Source: an uncultured delta proteobacterium
Lineage (GTDB): Bacteria > Desulfobacterota > Desulfobacteria > Desulfobacterales > JAFDCJ01
Direction of reading: 5' to 3'
Assembly: GCA_963769935.1 (NCBI GenBank)
Contig: CAVYNY010000015.1
Span: forward strand, 89,266-153,265
DNA length: 64,000 bases
Of this stretch, positions 1-11,280 are shown piece by piece. The notes under the pieces were generated by a model, which ran no database searches, was not told the origin of the DNA, and saw nothing but the letters and a program-made list of their open reading frames with translations. Both the position numbers and the translations under genes were made by a program. How positions within the stretch are numbered: position 1 is the first letter of the stretch; every line of letters begins with the position of its first letter.

Positions 1-519
1 TGGCTGGCCGCCTGCGCGGGCTGCCACATGTCCCTGCTGGACATCGATGAACGCATCGTGCCCCTGCTGGAAGCGGTGGAGTTCACCTCCAGCCCGTTGA
101 CCGACCTGAAACACCCGCCGGCCGGCGGTGTTACGGTGGGAATTCTGACCGGCGCCATCAGCAATACGCACAACGTCGAGGTTGCCCATCGAATGCGTGA
201 TCGGTGCAAGATTCTTGTCGCTGTGGGCGATTGCGCCACCTTCGGCGGCATTGTCGCCTGCCGCAACCTGGTGGGGACCGAAGCTGCGTTGCAGCGGGCT
301 TACCTGGAAACAGAAAGCACCGTGGACGGAATAATTCCCGATTCTCCGGAGCTCGGTACGCCGCTGCCGCTTGTGACCGGCATTGCCGATACGGTGGCCG
401 TCGATGTCTTTGTGCCGGGCTGCCCGCCCCGGGCCGACGACCTGTATTTCGTCATCGACGAACTGCTGGCCGGACGTGTTCCGGTGGTATTGCCGGCGCA
501 ACATCTCAAGTACGACTGA
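1..519 (+). CDS. hoxY: [NiFe]-hydrogenase small subunit, group 3d (HoxY-like), 5'-truncated by the window
   Basis: Frame is open from base 1: WLAACAGCHMS, GDCA and PGCPP motifs; short single-cluster type; directly upstream of the large subunit. Confidence 0.88.
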   Translation, partial: WLAACAGCHMSLLDIDERIVPLLEAVEFTSSPLTDLKHPPAGGVTVGILTGAISNTHNVEVAHRMRDRCKILVAVGDCATFGGIVACRNLVGTEAALQRAYLETESTVDGIIPDSPELGTPLPLVTGIADTVAVDVFVPGCPPRADDLYFVIDELLAGRVPVVLPAQHLKYD

Positions 520-535
520 TGCAAGGAGAACAGCT

Positions 536-1963
536 ATGAATGCGCGCAAAATTACGATTGAGCCTGTTACACGGATTGAAGGTCATGCGCGGGTCACCAT
601 CCATTTGAACCCGGAAGGCGGAGTTGATCGGACCTATTTCCACGTGGATGAGTTCCGCGGCCTCGAGAAATTCAGCGAAGGCCGGCCGTATTTCGAAATG
701 CCCCAGATCACCCAGCGCATCTGCGGCATTTGTCCGGTCAGCCACCACCTGGCTTCGGTCAAGGCCTGCGATGCCATTCTAGGCGCTGAACCGCCGCGGC
801 CGGCCAGGCTTCTGCGGGAGTTGATGCATATGGCCCAGTTCGTTCAGTCCCACGGCATGCACTTCTTCCATCTGGCGGCCCCGGACCTGCTGTTGGGGTT
901 TGATGCCGATCCGGCGGAGCGCAATGTGTTCGGCATCATCAAGGCCAATCCGCAACTGGCCCTGAAGGCGGTCCACCTCAGACGCTTCGGCCAGCAAATC
1001 ATTGAAATTCTCGGCGGCAAGCGCGTCCATCCGAATTTTGCAGTTCCCGGCGGCGTCAATGCACCGCTGGCACTCAAGGATCGCGACACTATCGCCGCGG
1101 AACGTGATCAGCAACTCGCTTTTGCGAGGGAAGCCGTGGACCTCATCAAACATTGGCTCCACGGGCACAACGAACTGGCCTTAAGCTTTGCCGCCTTTCC
1201 CTCCAACTACATGGGGCTGGTGGATGCGCAGGGAGCACTGCAGCTGTACGACGGCCGGATCCGCATCCGGGATGCCCGCGGTGATCTGCTGACTCAATTC
1301 GCACCGCCGGCCTACCTGGAAAATATTGCCGAACACGTGGAACCGTGGTCTTTTCTGAAGTTCCCCTACTACCGCAAGCAGGGATGGCCTCAGGGCGCAT
1401 ATCGCGTCGGTCCGCTGGGACGTCTGAACGCCGTGGATAAAATGGGCACCCCTCTGGCCGACGAGGAACTGGTCGAGTTCAGGCGGTCGGCGGTCGGCCA
1501 ACCGGTCGAAGGCTCCCTTTTTTACCACTATGCCCGCATGATCGAATTGCTCTTTGCCCTGGAAACCATGGGCCGCCTGCTGGATGACCGTGACATTTTG
1601 TCAACCGAAATCCGGACGTCCGGATCACGACAGCTGAATCCAAGAGGAATCGGAGTTATCGAGGCACCCCGCGGAACCCTGATTCACGATTACACGGTCG
1701 ATGAAAACGGCCTGCTTGCCCGCGTCAACCTTATTGTGGCCACCGGCCACAACAACTGGGCCATGAATCAGGCCGTGGCAACCGTGGCAAAAGCCTATAT
1801 CAACGGCAGCCAACCAACCGAAGGGATCCTGAACCGGGTGGAAGCCTCGATCCGGTGCTATGACCCCTGTTTATCGTGTTCAACCCATGCCATCGGCCGG
1901 ATGCCGCTCGAGGTGGTGGTGATGGGAACCGACGGAACCATTTTGCGGCAAATGGCCCGCTGA
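536..1963 (+). CDS. hoxH: [NiFe]-hydrogenase large subunit (HoxH-like)
   Basis: [20 protein letters not shown] (L1) and DPCLSCSTH (L2) followed by a cleavable tail; AGGAG RBS before ATG 536. Confidence 0.92.
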   Translation: MNARKITIEPVTRIEGHARVTIHLNPEGGVDRTYFHVDEFRGLEKFSEGRPYFEMPQITQRICGICPVSHHLASVKACDAILGAEPPRPARLLRELMHMAQFVQSHGMHFFHLAAPDLLLGFDADPAERNVFGIIKANPQLALKAVHLRRFGQQIIEILGGKRVHPNFAVPGGVNAPLALKDRDTIAAERDQQLAFAREAVDLIKHWLHGHNELALSFAAFPSNYMGLVDAQGALQLYDGRIRIRDARGDLLTQFAPPAYLENIAEHVEPWSFLKFPYYRKQGWPQGAYRVGPLGRLNAVDKMGTPLADEELVEFRRSAVGQPVEGSLFYHYARMIELLFALETMGRLLDDRDILSTEIRTSGSRQLNPRGIGVIEAPRGTLIHDYTVDENGLLARVNLIVATGHNNWAMNQAVATVAKAYINGSQPTEGILNRVEASIRCYDPCLSCSTHAIGRMPLEVVVMGTDGTILRQMAR

Positions 1964-1971
1964 CCGATGAG

Positions 1972-2538
1972 ATGAAAACCATGGTCCACAATCTGGTCAT
2001 CGGCTACGGAAATTTGGAACGGCAGGACGACGGGGTCGGCTTTCACGTCGTCAACCGGCTGCGGCGGCACCTGGCGCAAAAGCCCCTGGCTTGGGACGAT
2101 GACGGAATGTCCCGGCTCGGCGGCGGCACGGATTCCGTCTTTATCCGGCAATTGGTGCCGGAGTTGATCGAGACGATTGTCCACTATGACCGGGTGATTT
2201 TCGTAGATGCGCATGTACCGGCCGACAGGCCGAATCTGGTGTGCACGCGCCTTTATCCGGGGGATGGCCTGGCGCTTTTCAGCCACCACATGCATCCGGC
2301 AATGCTGCTTGGGATCCTGCAGGCCGTATGGGATCGGGAACCGGTCGGCCATCTGCTCTCGATTCAGGGGTCTCGGTTCGACTTGGGCCGAAGGCTCTCC
2401 GCCGGGACTGCAGCCCTTGTGGCGCCGGCAACCGCAATGATTTTAGAAATGTTCGACACGCTGCCGGACCCCGGCCGTCGGCAGCCGGTCGAAAATCAGC
2501 GCATCCCAAAACCGGCTGAGTACAGAACCCCGTCATAG
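1972..2538 (+). CDS. Hydrogenase maturation protease (HoxW-like)
   Basis: VIGYGNLERQDDGVG, VIFVDA and SHH motifs; follows the large subunit. Confidence 0.85.
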   Translation: MKTMVHNLVIGYGNLERQDDGVGFHVVNRLRRHLAQKPLAWDDDGMSRLGGGTDSVFIRQLVPELIETIVHYDRVIFVDAHVPADRPNLVCTRLYPGDGLALFSHHMHPAMLLGILQAVWDREPVGHLLSIQGSRFDLGRRLSAGTAALVAPATAMILEMFDTLPDPGRRQPVENQRIPKPAEYRTPS

Positions 2539-2612
2539 AGGCTGAAGCTTTGACTTCACCCCTCAGGAGAGGTCTTTGCCGGAAGATAAACCATGGAATA
2601 AAGGAGGATACC

Positions 2613-3365
2613 ATGCAAGTCAGTGTCCAGCAAACCACCTATGTGCCGGGCACCTATGCCCGCAAACGTCCCGGCGCCGCCCAGACGGCCCAGCAATATA
2701 TCCGGGAGTGGGAGCAAAAACGACTCAAAGCCGGCGAACCCAAGGCCGTTCCGGCCGAAATTCCACCGGCCATTTGTTTCTCGCGCAAAATCGGCGTCGG
2801 AGCCCTGGAAGTGGCCGATATTCTGGCGCAAAAAATTAAATTCCGGGTTGCGGACCGGGAAATACTGGAAACCATCGCCACCGATAATAAGCTGGCCGCC
2901 AAAACCGTGGCATTTTTCGATGAGCGCTATCCCGGAAAAATGGTTGAATTAACCACCATGCTTTTCGGTGAAAAATCTTTTATCATGAGCGACTACATCC
3001 GCAAAATTATAAGCGCGGTCTTTGCCATGGCCGAAACGGGTTCAACCATATTCGTCGGAAGGGGTGTGCATCTTTTGCTGCCGCGTGAGCGGGTTCTGGC
3101 AGTTCGATTTATCAGTTCAGACGACCACCGGATAGACCGTCTGTCCCGGGTCCTGGGCATCGACCCCCAAGCGGCGGCCGGCGTGCTTAAAAAATCGGAC
3201 AAGGAACAAAAGGAGTTTTTCAAAAAGGCCTTCGGCCGCAAAGAGGCCACCCCTTATGAATTCGATCTGCTCATCAACTTCGATTACCTCAAAAAGCCGG
3301 CGTCTGCTGCCGCGGTTGTCGCTGCCGCCTTCAGAGAAAAATTTAAAAGTCGGTCCGGGGGTTAA
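2613..3365 (+). CDS. Cytidylate kinase-like family protein
   Basis: ICFSRKIGVGALEVA, IFVGRG and FDLLIN motifs; AAGGAGGA RBS. Confidence 0.75.
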   Translation: MQVSVQQTTYVPGTYARKRPGAAQTAQQYIREWEQKRLKAGEPKAVPAEIPPAICFSRKIGVGALEVADILAQKIKFRVADREILETIATDNKLAAKTVAFFDERYPGKMVELTTMLFGEKSFIMSDYIRKIISAVFAMAETGSTIFVGRGVHLLLPRERVLAVRFISSDDHRIDRLSRVLGIDPQAAAGVLKKSDKEQKEFFKKAFGRKEATPYEFDLLINFDYLKKPASAAAVVAAAFREKFKSRSGG

Positions 3366-3399
3366 AAACTTGAATGGCGAACAACAATTGGATTAAACG

Positions 3400-4422
3400 C
3401 TAGGACGCCCCGCTGCCGATATATTTCTGGACCAGATTTTTCCAGGGCCAGCCATTGGCCTGATAAAAGTTTATCACCATCACCAGAATAAGTATCAGGC
3501 CCCAGATAAACTTTTTGACAAACGGGTTATAGCCGAGAATATTCAGTCCGCTTTGCAGAACCTGCAGGATAACGATGGCCATAAACATTCCCAGGACACT
3601 GCCGCGACCGCCATCCGGGTTGGTGCCGCCCAGGATGGCGATTAAAACCCCTAGCAGCAGATACGCATATCCATACCCCGGTCTCATCGAGTTTACGCGC
3701 GAAATAATGATAATGGCCGAGACTCCGGCCAAAAGGCCCGATAAAAGATAGGTCTTGATCAGCACCATATTGTTATTGATTCCGGAAAATCGGGTAACCA
3801 GGGGGCTGGATCCCAACATGTACATTTTAAAGCCCTGCGAACTCTTCCTCAGCATGAGGGCTACGAGAACGGCGACAACGATGAAAATAATCAAGGGCAT
3901 CGGCATTTTCAGAATTACCCCGCTGCCGATGAATAGAAACTCTTCCGGGAACCCTCGAAGGCCGTGTCCTTCGGTAAATATAATGGCAAGTCCAATAAAC
4001 AGGCCGTTGGTGCCCAGGGTGGCGATGATGGCCGGCACACCGAGTGCCGTTATGACAACTCCATTTATTAAACCGCAAATCAGGGAAACCGCCAGGGCCA
4101 AAAGGATTGCAAGAAAAATTATGGCTATCGGCGAAATTCCAAAGGCCTGCGCTTTGACATGACTTGCCAGAACCATGGCCCCCGCCACGCCGCTCAGATT
4201 GGCAATTGACACAACTGAAAGATCGATGCCGCCGGTAATCATGGACAGCATGACCCCCAAAGCAAGCAGTCCATACTCCGGAAATTGGCTCGCCATGGAT
4301 TGAAAGTTGACGATCGTCAAAAACTTATCCGGTAAAAATATCGACATGGCAAAAATCGTGGCAATCATGATCACAAGCAGGGTCAGGTTATCCGACTTGC
4401 CAATTTTGAATTTTCCAGTCAA
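3400..4422 (-). CDS. Sugar ABC transporter permease (RbsC family)
   Basis: GGIDLS motif, multiple TM segments, ILGGT..GG.GS. Confidence 0.9.
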   Translation of the reverse strand: MTGKFKIGKSDNLTLLVIMIATIFAMSIFLPDKFLTIVNFQSMASQFPEYGLLALGVMLSMITGGIDLSVVSIANLSGVAGAMVLASHVKAQAFGISPIAIIFLAILLALAVSLICGLINGVVITALGVPAIIATLGTNGLFIGLAIIFTEGHGLRGFPEEFLFIGSGVILKMPMPLIIFIVVAVLVALMLRKSSQGFKMYMLGSSPLVTRFSGINNNMVLIKTYLLSGLLAGVSAIIIISRVNSMRPGYGYAYLLLGVLIAILGGTNPDGGRGSVLGMFMAIVILQVLQSGLNILGYNPFVKKFIWGLILILVMVINFYQANGWPWKNLVQKYIGSGAS

Positions 4423-4499
4423 CGCTCGCTCCCACCCCGATCAGGTTAACGATCAATCGGGAAATTAAAAATAAGAAGGACAGCTTTCACCTCAAGCTA

Positions 4500-5507
4500 C
4501 TAGTCGGCAAAGGAAAGGCTTCTTTTTCCCTGCAGCTTGCTTTGATAATGGGTGATGCCGACGCCGAGTACAATAATCAATCCCGTGAAAAACTCGTGCC
4601 AGTACGAAGACAGACCGATCAGGACAAGATTTTTCTCCAGAATAACCATCATGATGACGCCCAGCAGGGTACCGATCAGTGTACCGCTACCGCCGGTAAT
4701 CCTGGAGCCGCCGATCACGACCGCGGCGATGACTTTCAAAAGTTCGGTATCGACGATATAATTTGGATTGCTGTAACGGATTAATGAAAGATGCATTACG
4801 CCCATAATCCCGGAGAGAAATCCGATATAGCTGTAAACGAAAAACTGCGTTCGGTTGATATGGATTCCCGCTCGCTTGGATGACTCATAGCTTCCGCCGA
4901 TGGCGTAAATCGACTTGCCCAGCAGGGTGTGATTGAGTATCAGCCAGGTCATTAAAAAGGCGCAGGCCAGCAAAACAGCAAATATCGACAAACCGTAAGT
5001 GGTCCCGTCGGCCCGCGCCAGGGTGAGCACCTGCAAGTGGCCGAAGGCTTTGAAACAATCGGGCAGCTGGCCTGTATTGATTGCCCTGGTGCCGACAAAG
5101 ACCAGCAGGGCACCGTGAAAAATATTGGCGGTACCCAGGGTTACAATCAGGGCCGGCATTCTGAACTTGCTGATAAAGAAGGCGTTGATGGCACCCATGG
5201 CGGTCCCGACAGCACAAGAGATCAGAAAAGCCAGCAGCAGATTGTCTATCCCCAGTGCGATGAGGGAGTTAACGGCGATGTACTGCCCTGAAATTGCAAT
5301 CGCGGGAAAGGATATGTCGATGCCGCCCGCCAGCAGCCCCACAAAAAACGCAATCGCCAGGATCGCCATCCCCGAACTGCTTCTTATCAGATCGAACATG
5401 TTCTCCACGGTGAGAAATGTAGGATTGAACATGGTGACAAAAAAACTGAAGGCCATGATGACGAAAAATAGGTAGGTTTCATTTCTTTTTAACAGCTTTG
5501 CGAACAT
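4500..5507 (-). CDS. Sugar ABC transporter permease (RbsC family)
   Basis: GGIDIS, GKSIYAIGG and AAVVIGG motifs. Confidence 0.9.
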   Translation of the reverse strand: MFAKLLKRNETYLFFVIMAFSFFVTMFNPTFLTVENMFDLIRSSSGMAILAIAFFVGLLAGGIDISFPAIAISGQYIAVNSLIALGIDNLLLAFLISCAVGTAMGAINAFFISKFRMPALIVTLGTANIFHGALLVFVGTRAINTGQLPDCFKAFGHLQVLTLARADGTTYGLSIFAVLLACAFLMTWLILNHTLLGKSIYAIGGSYESSKRAGIHINRTQFFVYSYIGFLSGIMGVMHLSLIRYSNPNYIVDTELLKVIAAVVIGGSRITGGSGTLIGTLLGVIMMVILEKNLVLIGLSSYWHEFFTGLIIVLGVGITHYQSKLQGKRSLSFAD

Positions 5508-5633
5508 TTAACTCACCGATTCCATTTTCATAGGACCTGTCCTTAAATTTCCCGCCGCCCCAGGCCCTATTCCGCCGAATCCTTTCTGCCGGCGCCGGTC
5601 ATTTGGAGGCCGGCCCAAGGATTAAGTTTTTCG

Positions 5634-7139
5634 TCACTGGGAAGCCCGAGCCGTCGCAAGTTCGTAAATATGGCCTGCAGAGACATTTTGCATGTCATCG
5701 ATTTCCGCCACGATCTTTCCTTCCCGCATAACCAGCAGTCGATTGCAGTGCTGCAGCACCTCCGGAATCTCGTCGGAGATCATAATGATTCCCACCCCCT
5801 TGAGCGCGAAATTGCGGATGATATCATGGATGTCGTTTTTCGAGGCAATATCGATCCCGATGGTGGGGCCGTCAAGGATAAACAACTTCAGTTTGGTTGC
5901 CAGCCATTTTGCCAGCACGACTCTTTGCTGGTTTCCTCCGGACAGGCTGCTGGCCGGCATCTCGGCGGACGGCGTCTTAATCTTCAAGTCCTGAATCCAC
6001 TTGTCTTCGACATTTCTCCTTTTTTCACGGGAAATCAGCTTCAGCCGATTCAACAGTTTTTCAACCACCGTCACGACAATGTTGCTGCCGATTGATTTCT
6101 CAGTATAGAGACCCAGAACCAGCCGGTCCTCGGGCAGGTACCCCACGCCCAATTGCATGGCATCCTCAGCTGATTTTATCTCAACGGTCTGGCCCTCCAA
6201 AATGATCTGCCCGGAATCCGGCGGGTTCAAGCCGAACAGGGAGAGCGCCAACTCGGTTCTGCCGGAACCGATCAGGCCGGTTATTCCAAGAATGTCACCG
6301 CGTTTGACGGACAAATTGACGTTCTGGTAATGGCCTTTGCGGCATAGATTTTTCAATTCGAGCAGATTGGCACTTGAAAAATGTTCCGGGTCGCGCCGGT
6401 AGGGGGTGGATTCAATTTTCCGGCCGGTCATTAAAAAGGATAATTTTTCGTTATCCAACTCGCCCGCAGGGTAATCGCCGACTTTAATGCCGTCGCGAAT
6501 GATCGTTACATTTTCGGCAACTTCAAATACTTCTCCCAGCTTATGGCTGACAAACAACGTCGCAATGCCCTTGTCTTTCAAGCGCATGATGACTGAAAAC
6601 AAATGATCGACCTCGGCCTTGGTTATGGCGGACGTCGGTTCATCCATGATGATCAGGCGGGCATTCTGGGTCAGGGCTCTGGATATGGCTACGATCTGTC
6701 TTTTAGACATGGACAGGTTTTCTACTTTTTCATAAAGATCACATTCCTCGTCGATCTCCTGCAAGGCCTTTTCAGCGGTTTGAATTACGTGTTTATTGTT
6801 GATAAAATTTTTGCCCTGTTCGATGAGCTGGTTCAAGGAAATATTTTCCGCCGCCGACAAATTTGGAAAAAGCGACAGATCCTGATAAATTATCTGAATC
6901 CCCTTTCGAATCGAGTCGATCGCTCGGCCGGGTGCAAATAATTTTCCGCCGATTCTGATCTCGCCCTTGTCGGGTTTTAAAATACCGCCGATGATTTTAA
7001 TCAGCGTTGACTTGCCCGAGCCGTTCTCGCCCACCAGACAGTGAATCTCTCCGGCATTAATGGAAATACTGACGTCCTCCAAAGCTTGGACACCAGAAAA
7101 AGCCTTGCTGATATTATTGGCTTCCAGGAATGATGCCAA
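5634..7139 (-). CDS. Sugar ABC transporter ATP-binding protein (RbsA-type, two NBDs)
   Basis: GENGSGKST, IMDEPT and LSGGNQQ motifs. Confidence 0.93.
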   Translation of the reverse strand: MASFLEANNISKAFSGVQALEDVSISINAGEIHCLVGENGSGKSTLIKIIGGILKPDKGEIRIGGKLFAPGRAIDSIRKGIQIIYQDLSLFPNLSAAENISLNQLIEQGKNFINNKHVIQTAEKALQEIDEECDLYEKVENLSMSKRQIVAISRALTQNARLIIMDEPTSAITKAEVDHLFSVIMRLKDKGIATLFVSHKLGEVFEVAENVTIIRDGIKVGDYPAGELDNEKLSFLMTGRKIESTPYRRDPEHFSSANLLELKNLCRKGHYQNVNLSVKRGDILGITGLIGSGRTELALSLFGLNPPDSGQIILEGQTVEIKSAEDAMQLGVGYLPEDRLVLGLYTEKSIGSNIVVTVVEKLLNRLKLISREKRRNVEDKWIQDLKIKTPSAEMPASSLSGGNQQRVVLAKWLATKLKLFILDGPTIGIDIASKNDIHDIIRNFALKGVGIIMISDEIPEVLQHCNRLLVMREGKIVAEIDDMQNVSAGHIYELATARASQ

Positions 7140-7161
7140 AAGGTCCTCCCCACCTCACAAA

Positions 7162-7577
7162 GGTTTCAGGTTTCGGCCCCGTAAGCGGGTTTCAGGTTTC
7201 AGCCCGGCCGTTAACCGAGGAGCGGCCAGTTTGATCGAAAAAAAACTTATGAACATTGAACATTCGAAGTTGGACGTTCGATGTTCAACGTTTAATCGGT
7301 TCACTGTTCCAACCTCGTGAAGTTTCATGCGAGGTGTCAGGCGGTCAGAGGACAAATAAACAAGCTCATAGCTCATAGTCAGAAGGCTAAGGACCGGTGG
7401 TGAGAGGGTAGGAAGGTGAGACGGGGTTTCCACGCCGTCCAGCCATTTCCTTTGACCTTTGTCCTTTAACCTTATACCCTATACTTTCCACCGTCTACCC
7501 TCTGCCTTATACAATGAACCGCTGAACCTCAAGCCCCTGAACCCAGAACCTTTGAACCCTAAACCCTGAACCCCTGC
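7162..7577. repeat. Intergenic patch of degenerate 7-nt tandem repeats
   Basis: Several heptamer runs: GGTTTCA, GAACATT, AGCTCAT, CCTTTGA and (C)TGAACC. Confidence 0.6.
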
Positions 7578-8195
7578 GACAAAATAAATCCTTTAATTAA
7601 AATAACGCCGGCGGCAGCACCCGGATCTTCAAGCCCTTTGGACTGCTCCTTGTAATAGGCAATCCGGCCGTGCTGTGCAATCATGTTTTTGGTGGATTCG
7701 AGGCCGTTTTCGGCCGCTGAAAGCGCCGCCGACAAGGCCTGGGCAGGGTCTTCGGCGCTTAAGCGGGCCAGGGTGTCGGCGGCCGGTTTCAAAGCGTCAA
7801 TGATCGTCTTTTCTCCCGGTCGGGCTTTGCCTCTTTCCATAATACCCGCCACGAAAGCCTGAAAAAAAGCAGCCAGGTCGGCTGTGGTCAACTCAGCCTT
7901 TTCCTGCAACGGCTTTGCCGCCGCGCATAAACCCGGTCCCCATCAGGGTGCCCATCGTCGAGGGCGCGGCTTTGGCCATCTGCATGCCGGCCTTCATGAA
8001 TATTTTTCCGATATCGGTTTCGGCCGTATCCATCAGCGCATCACAGGCGGCCGCGAAGGCCTTGGACATGGTGAGGCCCAGATCGCCGTCCCCCATCCTG
8101 CCATCCAGTTCAACCAGAAAATCCTTGCGGTCGTTAAAAAGCGCTTTGAGGTTTTGCAGGATTTTTAGAATGTCATCTTTGCCGAGCGAACCCAT
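7559..8195 (-). pseudogene. dhaL: DhaL-family kinase subunit, split by a +1 frameshift near 7900 (may be a sequencing error)
   Basis: GDGDLGLTM and STMGTL in ORF 7893..8195; RGKARPGEKTIIDAL, HGR and DPGA in ORF 7559..7909. Confidence 0.8.
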
Positions 8196-8236
8196 CGTAA
8201 TTCTTCTCCTAATCCACCGGCCTGCTTCGGGCGTAT

Positions 8237-8366
8237 ATCATACCTTAATTGATCGAAAGTTGAGGGTGCCCCAGCTTCAAGGCGTCCAAGGGTGAAGCTG
8301 TAGTTGCCTACCGCAATCCCTTGGCAACGCAGAAGATGGGGCGGAATTGGCTTTCCCAAAGGGTAA
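8237..8366. repeat. Intergenic MITE/REP-like element between dhaK and dhaL
   Basis: Non-coding; TACC...GGTA ends; internal TTCAAGGCG...GCAACGCAGAAGATGGGGC resembles short repeats I associate with desulfobacterial genomes (unverified). Confidence 0.35.
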
Positions 8367-8499
8367 ACATAATGGGATTTAAAAATGGACTTTTACATCT
8401 CACCTATAGGAGAGTCAAAAACTGCGACCAAATTATGAACAATTATCATAACATCAGTTGGTTAAAAAACTGTCCCATTTTGTTTGCGATCATTTAAGG

Positions 8500-9522
8500 T
8501 CATACTTTCAGCTGACATTGCTCGAAAAAAGGCGTCCTGGCCGGTTTGGCCAACAGCTGCTTCAATTCATCATCCAGCTTTAACAGCGAGATCGAAAACC
8601 CGGCCATCTCCATCGAGGTGGCAAATTCGCCCACATACACATGGAAAACCGAAATATTTTTTTCCTTCAATATCCGGTCGATGCGGCGATAAACGATATA
8701 CATCTCCTCTTTGGGCGTGGCGCCGAGTCCGTTGATCAGCACCGCTATTTCGTCAGTCTTTTGAAAGGGGAGATCCTCCAGAATTGCCGCCATCATCGTG
8801 TCCACCACCTCGTCGGCCGGTTGGAGCTTGCCGCGGTGGATACCCGGCTCACCGTGAATTCCCATGCCGATTTCCATTTCGTCGTCACCGAGAGTGAAAC
8901 CCGGCTTCCCCACTTCCGGCACGATACACGGCGTCAGCGCCACACCCATCGTCCTGACGTTGGCAACGGCCTTGTCGGCAACCCTCTTGACTTCCGCAAT
9001 GGGTGCCAGTTCGTCGGCTTTGGCACCGGCGACTTTGTATACAAAGAATATGCCGGCGACACCTCGGCGCTTGTTTTCTTCTCCTTTAGAGGCCGAGGCG
9101 ACGTCGTCCATGCCGACCAGCGACATTACTTTTATATCTTCCACTTCGGCCATTTCAGCGGCCATATCAAAATTTAAGATATCACCGCCGTAATTGCCAT
9201 AGATATACAGAACACCCGCCCCGGCGTCGATGGCCTTGGTGACGTTGAGCATCTGTTCGGCGCTGGGGGATTGAAACACGCCGCCGACGGAACAACCGTC
9301 CAACATGCCTTCGCCCACATAGCCCAGGAACAATGGCAGGTGCCCCGAACCGCCGCCGGTGGCCAACCCGACCTTGCCCTGCTTTTTTTCGCCGGCTTTA
9401 ACGATACAGCGCAGATCATTTCCAACATAGGCGAGCTGATCGGGGTGAGCGGCAATAATGCCTTCGATCATTTCGTCTACAAAATTTTCAGGCTTATTCA
9501 AGAACTTTTTCATTTTCATCAC
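8500..9522 (-). CDS. dhaK: DhaK-family kinase subunit (dihydroxyacetone or tetrulose)
   Basis: GGGSGHLP, NYGGD, RRGVAG, GMGIHGEPG and TSMEMAG motifs. Confidence 0.9.
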   Translation of the reverse strand: MMKMKKFLNKPENFVDEMIEGIIAAHPDQLAYVGNDLRCIVKAGEKKQGKVGLATGGGSGHLPLFLGYVGEGMLDGCSVGGVFQSPSAEQMLNVTKAIDAGAGVLYIYGNYGGDILNFDMAAEMAEVEDIKVMSLVGMDDVASASKGEENKRRGVAGIFFVYKVAGAKADELAPIAEVKRVADKAVANVRTMGVALTPCIVPEVGKPGFTLGDDEMEIGMGIHGEPGIHRGKLQPADEVVDTMMAAILEDLPFQKTDEIAVLINGLGATPKEEMYIVYRRIDRILKEKNISVFHVYVGEFATSMEMAGFSISLLKLDDELKQLLAKPARTPFFEQCQLKV

Positions 9523-9587
9523 CCTTTTTAGTGTTTATGGCAGTTCCTTTTACCCTGCAGCCGTTAAATTATCCGAATCCCAAAAAA

Positions 9588-9638
9588 ATGGCGCATGCTC
9601 TTACAGACGACTGCTAGGTTTGGCTGTAAAATGCGCCA
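9588..9638. terminator. Long hairpin downstream of the substrate-binding gene (terminator or mRNA-stabilising stem)
   Basis: TGGCGCAT..TTACAG pairs with CTGTAA..ATGCGCCA; A-tract on the + strand gives a U-tract on the - strand. Confidence 0.5.
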
Positions 9639-9707
9639 AAAATCTTGGATGCTTGCAACAATTATTGGAAGTTGATTGGAGAAAATTCTCCAATCAACTT
9701 CGGTCAA

Positions 9708-10727
9708 TTAGAGCTTATAATCACCGTTGGGTTTTTTCCAGTCCTTCAAATTATCTTTGTTGACATCCATCCAGGCCTGGCCGTAAATCACCGGCACACC
9801 GTCCTTGTTCTTTTTGATAATAATGCTCTCATAACCGGGTCTTCCGAGATTCGTTCCATCTGTGATCTGTTCACCCTTGAGCAGTTTGTAGGCCGCCATG
9901 GCCGTGACATAGCCGGCATCGGCCGGTACCCAGAAATGAATAGATTTTGCCGCGCCGCTTTCCAGATAATCACCGGCGACCGAGGGCAGGCAGGTGCCGA
10001 ATGCCGCGACTTTTCCGATCATGCCCTTTTCTTCGATGGCCTGAGCTGCTCCGGGTACGGTGCTCATGGCACTGCCCATGATTGCTTTTAATTCCGGATA
10101 AGTTTTAAGCAGCTCAAGTGATTTTTCGTAGGCGATCTGCTGATTTTCCTTTTCCTCGATTCGGTCGGTGGCGCGCCTCAAATCTGGATACTTTTCTTTA
10201 GCCTCCATCTCTTCGCCATCCACCCATTCGTTATGGGTCGTCGAAGTAAGATGTCCCACAAAAGGCTGCCATTCCCCTTTTTTGCCCATCCATTCCGCCA
10301 TGATGTCCATCATGTGCCGGCCGTAGGCAATGTTATCAAACGCCTCGATATCAAAGCTGACCTGCTTTTGATTGGAAGCCTCATGGGTAAAGGTAAGGAT
10401 GCCGGCTTTGTTGGCTTTTTCAAAAACCGGCACCAGAGATTCAGGATCGTTGGGAACGACCAGGATAGCGTCAACGCCCTTGGCAATCAGATCCTCGACC
10501 AGGGCGACCTGGGCGGCCGGATCCGCAGTGTCGGCACCGATTTGGTAGGCATCGACATCGGGATGATCTTTAGCAAACTGTTCAATACCCAAACGCATGT
10601 TGTCAAACCAGGCAACCCCTTCAAGTTTGACGACCATTACAATTTGGTACTTATCCTTAGCACCGGCGAAACCCGCCAAGCCCAACGAAAGCACCAAAAC
10701 GAGCCCCAAGATGGATAACTTTTTCAT
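9708..10727 (-). CDS. Periplasmic sugar-binding protein (LsrB/RhaS-like)
   Basis: Signal peptide; VVKLEGVAWF, DLIAKGVDAILVVPND and FW.P.DAGY motifs. Confidence 0.88.
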   Translation of the reverse strand: MKKLSILGLVLVLSLGLAGFAGAKDKYQIVMVVKLEGVAWFDNMRLGIEQFAKDHPDVDAYQIGADTADPAAQVALVEDLIAKGVDAILVVPNDPESLVPVFEKANKAGILTFTHEASNQKQVSFDIEAFDNIAYGRHMMDIMAEWMGKKGEWQPFVGHLTSTTHNEWVDGEEMEAKEKYPDLRRATDRIEEKENQQIAYEKSLELLKTYPELKAIMGSAMSTVPGAAQAIEEKGMIGKVAAFGTCLPSVAGDYLESGAAKSIHFWVPADAGYVTAMAAYKLLKGEQITDGTNLGRPGYESIIIKKNKDGVPVIYGQAWMDVNKDNLKDWKKPNGDYKL

Positions 10728-11280
10728 TTTTACTCTCCTTTCGAACTCGCATTAAAAGATTATCAAGCCTTGACCCTTGCCCTCCTTCAACGTTGCGCAA
10801 AGTATTGCGAATATTGGGAGGCACCCTACCCGTGTAGCAACCGATTCAAACTCGGAAAATTTCAAACATAAAGGATGAATAATACTTATGATCAGCTAAG
10901 CTTCCAAATTGAGCCGCAAGTATTACCCCCGCTGGTTGCAAATGGAATTGAGAAAGTGATATAACAAAATAAAATAATTTGTTATTAATTTCAGTGGATT
11001 GGATTTTGAAACAACAGACAGCTGTTTCATAATAATTCGAATCACTTTTAGCTTTTGTATGCTATTTGTCAAGAAAAATAAATTGTTGATGAGAAATTCA
11101 TCCTTGTGCTCGATTCGGCCTTTGCCGGTGCCTTGCAGAATCGCAAAGACCCTGTCGATCCTTGCCTGGGTGAATTTGAAATTTGCGGCCGGAAAAATTT
11201 CAACTGCTTGACCCGGGCGGCTTCGTTGGAGTATTATCCTGCCGATTCGATCACTGCATAAATTTAGGGGGCTCAAGAAA

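Noticed and set aside
383..535. Long N-terminal extension of HoxH in the ORF track
   Set aside because: It overlaps hoxY; the RBS and family start fit ATG 536.
536..1963. [NiFeSe] hydrogenase
   Set aside because: The C-terminal motif is DPCLSC with Cys codons; no in-frame UGA.
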